From the NCBI GenBank assembly GCA_051362555.1, contig CM120641.1:17670001-17734000 (forward strand): 64,000 nucleotides of DNA. The letters are read 5' to 3'. The position numbers and the translations under genes are program-made. Shown piece after piece: positions 27,301-39,126 of this stretch (positions are counted from its first letter, which is position 1; each line of letters opens with the position of its first letter). The notes under the pieces are model-generated. The model saw only the letters and a program-made list of their open reading frames with translations, was not told where the DNA came from and searched no databases. The DNA is from Lingula anatina (Eukaryota > Animalia > Brachiopoda).

Positions 27301-29129
27301 TCAAATGTAGGCAATCTTAAACTGGAAACTATCAGCCAGTGTGTTTTATGAATTAGTGTTTGACATATTGTGTGCATTTCTGTAATCTGCATGTCTGATG
27401 ACACAATGACACAAATTGGAATGGTTTCGGTTCTAAAGAAGTCCTTGTCTAAGTGGTGTAGATAGTCTCTCTCACATTGATAACACTGATTTAAATGGGT
27501 TCATTTTGTTGGTTGATAATATTTAGTTACCTGAAATCTTCTAAATTTTAAAATTCGGGTATCTGCACAATACTCCCCATTATATATGTTTACATGCAAT
27601 TAATTTTGACTATGATGCTAAATACTTAAGGTGTTAAGTAGCTGACTGAACTGACACTATTACTGTCTCTCCTTGACAGGGGTAAGTGATTGAAATGGAC
27701 TAATCAAAGACATCCTGTAATATTGGGTTATATGTAATAATGCAAAACTTTCAACTTCACTCATCTGCGCAACTGCATTAAATGAATAAAAGAATGTCAG
27801 ATTCCATTTCTTGATAGCAGTCAGAGAGCTGATTATGATCATGCATTAAATGGCTACATATGACAAAATTTCAGTCACAGCCTAGACCGTCAGCACCTGT
27901 TGGCCCCGATTTCAAGCCTAAGATGTCAAACATGCCGACCTCCTCTCAGCAGTCTGGACCTGTGAAGCCCACGTTTCCAGCTTACTCCAGCTCTGCCACC
28001 CTGTCAGCACCCCCCACGGCACCCAGTGCCACAATCAGTGCAGCACCCACTGTCAAGAAACCAGAGTCGAGTTCAGGCATGACAACAAAGTTGGTCCACC
28101 CTGAGGAGGATATATCTCTGGTGAGGTGTAATATATATATATATATATATGTTTATTGAAACAAGCATTGCAGCAAGTGCATGTGTAAAAAGGATATTGA
28201 AGGACACCTCCTTATTGAGATTGGTGTTGTGTTATTTTGTATGTGCTGCAGAACTGCCATTAGTACATACCTGTCTGATAGTGCTGAGTGTTTGAATTGA
28301 TTCACCTTTAGGCCAATAAAATCTCTCGGGCTACATAAAATAGAAGTTTTTTTAAGTTGGCCAACTTTTGCAAGATCATGGTGTCAGCAAAATGAAGTTA
28401 CTGGTTTTGTTTTACATCAGTGGATAAGTGTACTTCAGTATAGTCCTTGCTAAAAAAGTTACATTAAAAAATTCACATAAATGTAAATGTGATAAGGGCA
28501 TATCAGTACAGTTATCTTTTCTAAAGAAGCTACATTAAAAATACACATAAATGTAAATGTGAAGATTCATTACTGGAACTTCTTGTGTATTTTAGGAAGA
28601 AAAACGAGCTAGCTTACCAAGGTATCAGAATCGTCAAATGGCGCCTCAAACTACAATATCAGCACCACCCATGATGAACATGCCACGGATGCCACAAGGT
28701 AGAGCAAAGTGAAATGCAGTTTGAAGTATCCCAAGATATAACAGTGAACTGTTATACTGTGTATATGGACTGTTGTCATATTCCCTTATATGCCACAGAA
28801 AACAGATAAAGTGATCACATATCTTTTTTCTCCAAAAATGAGAAGACTAGAGAGCAATTAAGTTCAAATTATGTTATCCCATTTACATACAGAACAAGCA
28901 ACATCAAAAAGCCATTGACATGAAAGGTAATCTTTATCATATTGTGGGATAGATAAATAGAATGAGGGTAGACAGTTATTTTTACCCAAATCTTTTTGTT
29001 CCAGGTGGTCAGATGCAGCCTCCTATGTCCCAGATGAACAACGGTGGGTCTAGACCTCCAGGTCCCCCAGGGCCTATGGGGTATGGCATGATGCGTCCCC
29101 CAATGATGGGAGCACAAGGGAGATATTGA
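24362..29129 (+). CDS. ZNF207: BUB3-interacting GLEBS-motif zinc-finger protein ZNF207/BuGZ (7 exons, about 397 aa)
   Basis: Exons 24362-24402, 26116-26242, 26525-26660, 26841-27256, 27875-28120, 28596-28698 and 29005-29129. N-terminus [60 protein letters not shown]; G/P/M low-complexity region; GLEBS motif [22 protein letters not shown]; C-terminus GRY*. Confidence 0.97.
24403..26115 (+). other. U12-type (minor spliceosome) GT-AG intron, ZNF207 intron 1
   Basis: 5' splice site GTATCCTTT and branch site TCCTTAAT about 10 nt before the AG, with no polypyrimidine tract. Confidence 0.9.
24653..25587. mobile_element. Fold-back MITE with 427-bp near-perfect arms and an 8-bp TSD (hAT/P-like)
   Basis: 24653-25079 is the reverse complement of 25161-25587 (two mismatches seen, near the centre); GTTACATC is duplicated at 24645-24652 and 25588-25595. 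Confidence 0.9.
27635..27771 (+). other. Duplicated structured element with AG-GG-GTAAGT, copy 1 (ZNF207 intron 4)
   Basis: About 85% identical by eye to 29310-29443; no TIR or TSD visible. Confidence 0.7.
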
Positions 29130-29309
29130 CAGCATGGAGCTAAGTGGGATACTGGGGAACTTTGAGTTACCTGTACTAGCATGTTCTACATCCACTGCTT
29201 TAGTGTTATTTCTTGTCTCCAATATGCTATTATCATTATGATTTTAAAAGTTTGTAACTGTGCTGTGTTTTTTGTACACACATGCCTGCTGCAACCTGAG
29301 CTACGGCGG

Positions 29310-29443
29310 TAAGTAGCTGGCTGGACTGACACTACTGTCTCTGCCTGACAGGGGTAAGTGATTGAAATGGACTAAGAAAAGACATTGTGTAATATTGGAT
29401 TATATGTGATAACCGAAACCTTTCATCTTCACTCATCTGTGCA
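29310..29443 (+). other. Duplicated structured element, copy 2 (ZNF207 3' UTR), beginning at a GTAAGT donor
   Basis: Homologous to 27635-27771; CG|GTAAGT at 29309 and AG-GG-GTAAGT at 29350-29359. Confidence 0.7.
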
Positions 29444-29980
29444 GCAGTAACGTCAGCAAAAGGTTTGTTAAAAGTTGGTTGATCTTGTATACTTTGAATG
29501 TAGAGAAAGAATATTATGTCAAAAAATACTTCACTAAAAGACATGCATCTGGAGTCACTTAATGTGACTGTATCAAATAAGTGATTAAAGTTGTATTACT
29601 TTCCTTTGTAACACCAAAATGAAATCTTGTATATATTGTAATTATGAGAAAGTTATCTGAAATTATATGAAATCTGTGCGCAGTTGTTCAAACATTGTCA
29701 TTTTTGAGCTTATTTTCCAAAGCAAAACTTAATAAAGGGAATGTAATCTGGTTACTATATTTTAACATAAGTTATATCTTAATAAAATTTGTAGAAAGAG
29801 GGTTTTTGTTTTTGTCCAGTTATAAGGTTTGTATGATAACGCATGTTCTTAGTAATATACATAAACATGTAGTTTGAAATAGCAATCAATCTTGCTTACA
29901 ATTAACATGGTGAAAAACTGCCAGTTCCATAACAAGGTACTGTGCCATGGATATCTTTGCTGTGAGATTCGTACTTATGT

Positions 29981-30720
29981 GTCACAACAAGTATCAGGAG
30001 GTGCTTGTTGTTGGGCTTAGGCCCCCAACTATGTTGGCGACATTTTAGTGCAAAATGACTATTTAAATAGTGATGTTGATATGCTCCACAATTATTGCTG
30101 GGCAGCAGCAGAAACTGGAGGCAAGTTTTTTTAATCTAAATCGACAAAAACATAAAAGTTCTCATAAAGGCAATCAGCAAATCTAACGTTTAATCCTTTG
30201 AAAACACAGGAGAAGCAGAGACGAGAGGCAAGTTTTGAAGTCACAACAGAAATGTTGTTGGGCCACAAGGTCCCCAACCTTTTTGGTTGGTGATGGATTT
30301 TTATCCCTTTTGATGTCCTGGAATCAAGCACCGTTACGATATTTAGTCACAACAGATTTAATTCTGTTGTTGGGCATCAGCCCCCAACACATGTTGGTGA
30401 CAAAAAGAGAAAGAATTATGGCGCTTCACACACATTTTTGCTTGCTTATTTCAAAATTCACTAAGACAGTAAGTTTTCTGTGCTAATCCTAATTCACACA
30501 AGAAACATAAATAGACATGAGCTTGCAGTCAGTGCAAGCTTCTAGAACTGCTAGTAACACACTTCTCTCTCCTTTGTTGTACAGTGTTGAAGATGAGAGG
30601 GAGAGGTGAGCATCTGCTGCTGTGACACATGGGACACTGTGACAGGCAAGTGCCTTAGTCCGTCACAGCAAGACAGTCTTGCTGTTGGGCTAACAATGGC
30701 CCCCAACATATGTTGGTGAC
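29981..30720 (+). ncRNA. Cluster of four putative four-way-junction RNA motifs (29981-30041, 30240-30294, 30346-30401, 30662-30720)
   Basis: Consensus GTC-[ACARCA..TGYTGT]-T-[GGGC..GYCC]-[CCAAC..GTTGG]-Y-GAY with variable loops, compensatory changes, G-U pairs and a GAAA tetraloop. Confidence 0.6.
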
Positions 30721-33097
30721 ATCGTTTTAATTTGTAAATTAGTACATATTTATTCCACGTTTTCCTACTGTGTGTGCAAACAGCTTCTTTTAACAGATAG
30801 GTTTAATTCCATAATGAAATTACTGAGTTAGGTCACTCAAGGAAGGGAGGTGATGGGGTACAGGGTACATTTTTAGTCTTCTGGCTTCTCCAGAAACTTG
30901 TCAATTTTTCTTTAAAAAACTTTTCAATATGAAGTGGATTGTTTGATGACCTCTGATAAGCTTGGACCAATTTCGTGACTGATGTCACTCTAAGAGTTTT
31001 TTTGGGAAGGGCAAGGCAAATGCTCCAATTTGGGATTACTGGAATTCTTTCCATTCCTGTTTTCTTGAAAACCCCTTCAACAGGTTCAAGCACTAGGGCA
31101 TTTATTTTCTCACCTCAAAATTCCATTTTTAAATATGCCTTTCTTTGGGAAAGAAATTGCAAACAAGAACAACTGCTTGGCAGTTGTATTTTTCATGCAG
31201 TTTTATTTCAGTTGCACCAGCAAAGGATCATTTCAGTCAGTACGTGGAGATAAGAAGTTAATATGAAGGTGGAGTATTTTGAATTATTCTGAAAGGAACA
31301 TTGAATGCTAAACTGCTTCACACACTTTTACCGTCCATATCATACTTCTCAGTTGTTGTGTAATGATGATTGCTAATTCTGTTGTGAATCAAATCAATTT
31401 TTAAAAAATACTTACTTGATATGTTAAATGTTTTGAGAGAACTGGAAGCATTTGCATGTAATCGTAATAAAGTTGATTTTGATAACCAATATCAGTTATA
31501 ACTAAAAGTTGAGTTGGTTGCTGTAATTTTTTTGAGTCATTAAAAATATTGTTAAAAGTTTTTAAAAATTCTCAGTAAGAAACAAAATAGAAGAGGTACG
31601 CGTTGAGTGGTTTTTATTCTAGTCAAGAGTAGAATGTCTATTTCTAATTACTCGGTATATTTTTTCACATACAGTAGCTAGAAAGTAGAATGACATTGCA
31701 GTATTTAGGAAAGTGTCAGACAGCTCTTTCTATGTTTAAGATTAATTGTTTTAGAAATATGTCAATTGTAAAAATGGAGGATGTTTAATAATGATAGATG
31801 ATGAGATGGCACTTGGGTTTTGTATCTGGATGTAGTCAGTGTAGTGGAGACTACAAAAAAGTTGTCTGAAAATAAACTATAAAGACATTTTTTTAGACAA
31901 GGCATTGCCCTGCACTGATTGGTCATATCTGGTTGTTGTCAGATATTTAGGCATTATCAGATGTCAAAGGACAGTTACCCGAACGCATGCAAGTCATTAC
32001 TAAAGACGGACAAGAAATATTGAATCAGTTTGACTGTGGCCATGATAAACTATGAACTGTTAATTGGAGGAACATCTGAATTGATTAATTTTCAAAAAGA
32101 AGAGATGTCATTCCAAGGAATGTAATCTTTATTTGATTTACTCACATTTATAGAAAGGTTTATTTTAAAGAACAATGAAGAGTAATAAAGTCTATTCAAA
32201 TTATATATTTTAAAAATTTTATTGTGTTATCTTCTGACATATGAAAGATGTGTAATAAGTTAAATCAAAAAATTTTCTTGCAAGATCTTTTACAGAACTT
32301 GTACCTACTTATGCTTATGTTGGTCACCCATAAAGTGGGCAAGCATTATATTATATAATTTGACATATTCAAGTATAATAAAAGTGTAAATATTGCTGAC
32401 AAAATAAATAGTCCAAATAAAAAATTTAATTAGACATCCCTGCTGCTAATTTTCAGAAGAAAAGTCATAATACAATTTTCCTCAGCCAAGTAGTTCACTA
32501 GTTTAAATCAAATTGTTAGCATTGTAAAAAATATTCCTCAAGATCAATATGTGATATGTTATTATCGACAAAGTAACATGAATGCTGTGAAGCTGAACTG
32601 CAGGCGGAAGCGATATGAGTAAAGAAGCACATTAAGCTGGTATTTATGTCAAACTATTGCCACTAAACTCAATTAAATACCTCCAGAGTGTTTCAAATAA
32701 TATAGGTGAAAGAAATTCCACAAATTTTTAGTTACATTCTTTTTCGAAAACGGATATTAATTTCTGTCCTTTAGGGACTGGAGGAAAAATTTACCACAAT
32801 TTGAAGACCATGCAGGTTAAAAGCCTTTTTTCTACTGCCCAAGAGATTTTGTTTTTGGCATGTGGATTTTACTTATGCAAAGAATCTGGTACTGATATCT
32901 CTATGTTGGAGTGCAGATTCTCTCGTTTATGTATCTTTAAGAAATTATCTCCATTATTTCTTTGCCATTTTTGCTTTATGCAAATCACTAAAATGTCCAG
33001 ACTGGAGAGAGGTCTCCTTAACAGCATATTTTGCTTCCTCCATTATCATCTGGCATTTCTCACTGACATCTTAAAAAGGAATGTGGAAAATATTGTT

Positions 33098-36000
33098 TTA
33101 TGATGTCACCATGTCCAACATCATCAGTGCCGCCTCCCCTGCATCTGCAGGTACCTGAAGAATTAAAAGAAAGAAAAGGGTCATCTTGGGTTTTTGGACA
33201 CTTAATCTTATAAAATCTGTAGAAAAAGAAACCTTTTCCATTATTAAGCTAGCAAAAATTGATGCCTTACATCCGTCTCTTCAGCACTTGCCATGTGAGC
33301 CAAACAACTTAATGACAATAAGGGAAATCCTAAAATGCGCTTTACAATTAACATTACTACAAGCCTGTGTAAATATCTTGCACATTAGACAAGAATTTGA
33401 GATGAGTGTGACCTTTCAATGAATGTTATATTGATGCCATCTCCAGAAAATGGAAACCTTAAATTTACCATGTGTCCAGCATCAAGAATCCAATAGAAAC
33501 CCAGATTCTTGTACTGCTTGACAAATGCAATGGGATTTTTCTTCAAGGGATCCAGCAGAGGTTTCCTTTTAGCTGTATTGAACTGATGTAAGTATGGCCA
33601 GGTAAGTTTTTGAACCCATGCCTCAGTGCCTAAATAAAGAAATTAATTTCAAAGCTTATTCCTGAACTTGGTACTTATCAAGTATTGAAAAAGATGAAGC
33701 AAGACATTTTTATTAGTTGCCTTAAAATTACTGGGGGTTTTCTTTGGAGATGCCCTGTTTTCATCACAGCGACTTTACATCCTTTGCTGGTAAAACCTTG
33801 TCTTCCTGTGGAAATGTGTGTAATGTTCATTTAGCTTCAGCCATGCAAAAGAAAAAACCTAAAAGTTGAATTTGTAGCATATTTGATTACCACATCATAA
33901 CTGAGAGAAAGTGGACTTTGTTACTCGTATTCTTAATGCACCAAAGGCATGTTTCTTTTAATTTCTGTACTTTCATTATCTAAATCAAACTGCCTGGCAC
34001 ACCTGCCCTTACAAGCATGCAATATTTACCCAAAGTGTCAACTATTAGGTCCAACTGCCCAGTATAAATGTTTACTGAAAGATTTGACATTCTAAGAAGC
34101 TCATCAACTGGAATATAAAGAAAATAAAAGTTCACTTTCTATGCTAGAAATTTGTACAAAACTATATTTTGTGTCAATATAAGAATTATAAATCTGGTCT
34201 CTTAAAAAAACTTGGTAAAATATCCAAATTCCCTTTGTAGGTTAAAGCCTGTAGCCAGCATTATTAAGGGGAGGATACCTTTTTTAAGTGGACCTTTTAT
34301 GTCCTTGCTTGACCCAACTTGAGGAATCTCACAGAATAAGATTTTGACTCAGAGTGGACCTTTCCAGCCAAAAGGGACGTTCTTTCAAATACATCTTCCT
34401 GCCTTTTTACAGACCAGAAGTTTTGATAACAATGTACAAAAAATTAGTCAATTTTCAGCAGCACACAAATATTCAAAATCAAACCTGATGCTCACCAACA
34501 TTTACTACAGGTTTCATGAAGTCCTCTTTTAGGTGCTCAAACACCTTATCAGACTGACCTGAGAAGGAACATAAATAGAAAACTTTTGAATATCCTGAAC
34601 AACATATTTTTTAATTCATGTTTATAGAGACAGTTTAGTAGAATTATTAAATTTATTTTTTCTTCAAAACCTTTTTTTTTTAAATCAACATAAAAAAGTA
34701 CACCCAAAACTGCAACATCACAATAAAAAATACACAGAATTTACATATTTCATAATAAATGGAACATTTTCCCCAATTCTAATTGTGATTCAGTATAATT
34801 CAGCTCAATTTTACTAACCTCCCCAAGTAACATTACGTGGGATGATCCCCAATTTTTTTCTAATTGGTCCATTCATCAACTGATCCAGGGAATCACTGCT
34901 TAAATGTGCCAAGTTTCTATGGACAAGCCTTTCTAAAAGAAGGAAGTAAAACATCTGTAGATTTTTTCTAGTTAAAATTAAGAAGGGGATAAAATATGGA
35001 ATATCAAAGGTTGCAAAATTAATTTTTTAGATGTGTACAATCATGATAAAGATATCTTATTACTCGTAGGATGGCTACAGACCTGTATAATTGTTTTCAT
35101 CCACTAGAGCATAGAGTATCTGTTCTATCAGATCTCTTCTAAAATCCTATCGGCTCAGGTAGACCATAATTTTATATTTACCAAATATAGATTGCTCTTT
35201 GTACTTCTTGTAACTGTGTTTGGTATCTTCCTGGCTGTTCCACTGTAGGATGTTGTAGAAGTTCACTCCACCAGTAAGACTTTCCAATATTTCTTGTGTC
35301 TTCCCCCATTCATCAGTCGCTAACCCATACTTCCCATTGTCGTAAGCTTTTCTGGCCACCACAACACTACCATTAATAAGCTGTAGTCCATGTTCATCAA
35401 TAAGAGACTGAAAGTGCAAAAACGCATTAAGATCATAACATAGATTGTGTTAATCTCTTGCACCAGACAAATTTTTAATTAATCTTCAAAAAATGAAAAA
35501 GGACAAGAATAATTTGCAGTCTCCTGGTAATATTTTACCTTTCACTGGTAACACCACTTCTAAAAGTTTATAGTTCTAAAAATACTCTTCCTATTTTACA
35601 TAAGCATCTGTACTACCTTACCGTAGCCTTCAAGTAAGGTCCCCATGTAAATGTGGAGTCCCAGGGTGAGATCCAGGAGTCACCCAGAGCAAAACCCTTG
35701 AAATTGCAATCAATTTGCCTGGCTATAATGGCCTGAAATGATAATATGAGAACAAAGAATAAAAAAGTAAAGAAACCAATAAAACAAACTGTTCTCAAAA
35801 AATGGCCTTTCTGTAGTAACAGAACAGTTTTAGTATCCTTTAAAAATGTCAACATGGACTCTTACGCAGTAGTTTATGTTGTGCCAACTTTAAAATCTAC
35901 TATTCTCAAATTCTATAATATGTAAAGCATTCCAAACTACCTTCTGCAGAGCCAAACTAAAGCCAGCTGTCATTTTGCCTCCATAGGATTCACAAAAGAT

Positions 36001-36659
36001 AAAGAAGGGTATGGTCTAAAAATAAACAAACACCTGAAAATTAAACATAAGCATGGTTTCGACATTATCTTCCATTCCCTTTTCTGTAGTGTATGTGGTT
36101 TATTATTCATTTCATACTGTAGTATAAATATTCCTCTTGTTGGACATCTAGCTATAGTATAAACCTCTTTACATATCAAACTGAGCAGCTAGTGAAGCGC
36201 AATGGTGTCTATACTGTTACAGTTGCAACAGGCCAAAGTCTCTAAACTATGACAACCACAAATCTTGTGCGTAACACTGGTTTTCAGGCCAGGCTTCACA
36301 TGTGCATGTAGATACCAGGTAATGATAGCTACCCTGAAGTCTGGTAATTCCTTCAAAAAGGCCATAAGCACTGTAAGTAGATCTGCAGCAATCATGTCAT
36401 TGTTGGTAGTGTATGCCGAGTCATCAGTGACATAACTGAAGCCAGCTCCCACAGGATTGTCTATAAATAACAGGCTCACCTTGGACAGCTGCAAGCCAAA
36501 TTAAAGTTACGTGACAGTGATACGGTTAACCAAAGATTTGAAATACAATTAAGTATATAATTTATATTAAACATACACAAACAAAGTTAATATCCTGAAG
36601 TTTATATTTGTTCTGTACTTTATTGTCTCATCCATTTCACTGTTTATTATAGATATTTC

Positions 36660-36693
<34 letters not shown>

Positions 36694-38835
36694 TGAGTGA
36701 AAGAGAGAGAAAGGGAGAGAGATTGAGTGTATATTTAATTTTAAATCATACCTTTTCAAATTGTACTTTAGTGAACTTTTGCAATAAAAAAGTGAAGATC
36801 CTATATCAAAATTTTAAAAATGAAAACAATTTTTACGTATCCTATAAAATGAGGAAATTTTTGAAATTCAAATTCTGTAAATTCAAAACATTAACTGAAC
36901 ATTACATATTAGAAGACTAAATGTAAATACTCACAAACATTCTAGCATAATTTTAACATTATGTGTGAAATTCCATGTCTGAATTTACAAATTGAAATAC
37001 ATCTGAAATTTACCCAAGTTGTACGCCTGGGATTTTGATTGACATCTAAAGGCCCTATTTCTCCAAAATTGCCAAAACCTGTTGAAGAACCTCCAGGTCC
37101 ACCCTTGAAAATATGAAAAAAAAAATCAGGTCAATTGAATGCCCAAGCATGCCAAATCACGTCATTAATTATTCAATTGATTGACAATCCTGTTTACTAC
37201 AAAACTATATTAAATATTTTTCAAAATAATGGATAATATACCCGTGTTCTACGTGTACGTGTATGAAGCCATGGAAGAAATTACTATCATAAACCGAGGC
37301 CAGCAAATAAGTTAAAATTTATCTCTGTAAATAAAAATGTTAACTGAACATTTTGTATTAGAATACTACAATCCCAACAGAATAATGTTGGATTGTAATA
37401 CATTCAGGGAACTAATTATATAATGAAGCAGTGCCTGTACTCTGAAGTGCAAGAATTAAAAGTGTCAGATGATATGTGGAGGAGAATGAATCAAATCTAA
37501 ACTTGACAAAGAATGTTTATGATATAAGCCACATCATTAAAAATGCTTATAAAATAAACCCTATATAACAAAGAAATTTTTTAAGTGAGTAACCTATATA
37601 ATAAACATTTTTTGTCGTTTTTACTCCTTCAATGTCATATACATGTAGCATCCACCCTTCACTATGCATGTACTTCACTATGGGAGACTACTTCACAGGC
37701 CCGTAGTCAGGGGGGTTCTGGGGGGTTCAAAAGAACCCCCCTTTTTGGCCAGGAAACAGTACCCTCTGGGTAAAATTTTATCTAGGTATGTGAAGGTTTC
37801 AAGGTAAAAAGTTCACTTTTTCAGAAAAAGAGCCCCCCTTTTAAAATTCCTGGCTATGGACCTGCTTCATTAGTTTCCTGAATGTATTGTTTTCCAAAGT
37901 TTTGTTGGGAACTTCGGAATATAATATTCCTCTCAAAGAGAGCATGGATATTCTTGGCAACTAATTTGCAGGTCTCAGTGTATGACAGTGATTGTTTCCC
38001 CAGCTTCATACTTGTAAATCAGAGATATATCATACATCTTTTTTAAAAATAATTTTAATATATCTAGTTGTTTGAGGTTTGGATAATACTGATCGATTCT
38101 TCCTCAGTTATTTACATGTACATCATCTATAGTCTCCTTGTACTAATTTTTGCTTTATCCAATCAGTGGCCAGTTGGAAAAGAAAGAAAATTTTCATTTT
38201 CTGCATTAGCTAAATTCAATTTTATCTGAAACATAGGTTATATAAGTATATGTGACATGAGCTAAGATCGATATATTTCATTTAACATTACCTGTAGCCA
38301 CAATACCAGAGGCTTGGACTGGTAGTTGGTGCTTGCTGTTGTGTAGTAAAGCCACCAAAACATGTGAGCATTCTGTCGCACTTGGACATAATTCCATCGT
38401 TGTTTAGCTTCCTGGTATGTGTGTTTCAGCTGTTTGTCTACATAAAAATTGAAATTGAAAAAAAAAAGATCATTCATTCAAGGAAATTCAAATGCATTTA
38501 AAGCTATAACAGTATAGCAGTTCCTTTTGCTTCCCAAGCATAGAGGAGAAGGTGCATACGACCTTTCTGGTGTATTCTGAGGCAACATACGATCCCAGCA
38601 TGATTGCACATCTTGTCACGAGATCAGTCAGTACCAAAGTGCAGATGAATAGGTAAAAATATAATTGAAAAGAATGTCTTTTTCAAAATGCTTTAGGTTT
38701 TCCATAACTTTGATGGTCACAAAATAACGCTTTATGCTTTTTTCAGCACTCATGACATAACTCACAGCTCTGGGTTCCATGAATGACTCCTAGCACGATA
38801 AACAAGGAAATCAAATGGCTTCTGCTACCCGCCAT
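33098..38835 (-). CDS. SCPEP1: Retinoid-inducible serine carboxypeptidase (peptidase S10), 12 exons, about 448 aa
   Basis: Minus-strand exons 38835-38766 (signal peptide MAGSRSHLISLFIVLGVIHGTQS), 38437-38292, 37103-37014, 36488-36333, 36015-35941, 35732-35622, 35407-35182, 34932-34819, 34558-34496, 34107-34030, 33629-33469 and 33154-33098 join in frame. Motifs: HMFWWLY, WLQGGPGGSSTGFGNF, DNPVGAGFSY, catalytic ESYGG, ALGDSWISP, GQLDLIV and AGHMVP. Confidence 0.96.
37696..37864. mobile_element. Small MITE with CAGG termini and a 5-bp TSD, copy 1
   Basis: CAGGCCCGTAGTCAGG...CCTGGCTATGGACCTG flanked by CTTCA on both sides; homologue at 44017-44184. Confidence 0.8.
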
Positions 38836-39126
38836 GTTGGGATTATCACAATGTACGCTGACGCTAAACTTGAACATGCCTGTACAATAAACACTATCTC
38901 ACCGTTGTAATTTATGCATCCAAATGTAAAAAAGACAAAATTTTGAGGTTAGTCACTACAACACTTATACAAAAACGCTCGCCCACAAAAAGACCACGTA
39001 AACATAATCTTCATTTCATGATTTTATCATAAACGTCTACATGAAGACGTTACCCTTCCAGGAAGTGACCCTGCAGAATGGGGTCGAGTACATCATAAAA
39101 TTCTTGGTGGAGGGAAGTGCTGGGCG
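38836..39126. promoter_or_regulatory. Bidirectional promoter shared by SCPEP1 and PH-PTB-DD gene 1
   Basis: Divergent start codons 291 bp apart; ETS-like CAGGAAGTG (about 39059) and GGGAAGTG (about 39112); YY1-like AACATGGCG around the SCPEP1 ATG. Confidence 0.7.

Noticed and set aside
27395-27489. Possible C/D snoRNA (TGATGA...CTGA) in ZNF207 intron 4
   Set aside because: No terminal stem, imperfect box C context, and no antisense element I can recognise.
29981-30720. Four-way-junction motifs read as tRNA genes or hammerhead ribozymes
   Set aside because: No A/B boxes, T-loop, 7-bp acceptor stem or CUGAnGA/GAAA core; kept as an unknown structure instead.
35941-36015. CESYGG rather than GESYAG at the SCPEP1 nucleophile
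   Set aside because: SCPEP1-type enzymes normally have xESYGG, and the Ser, Asp and His motifs are all present.
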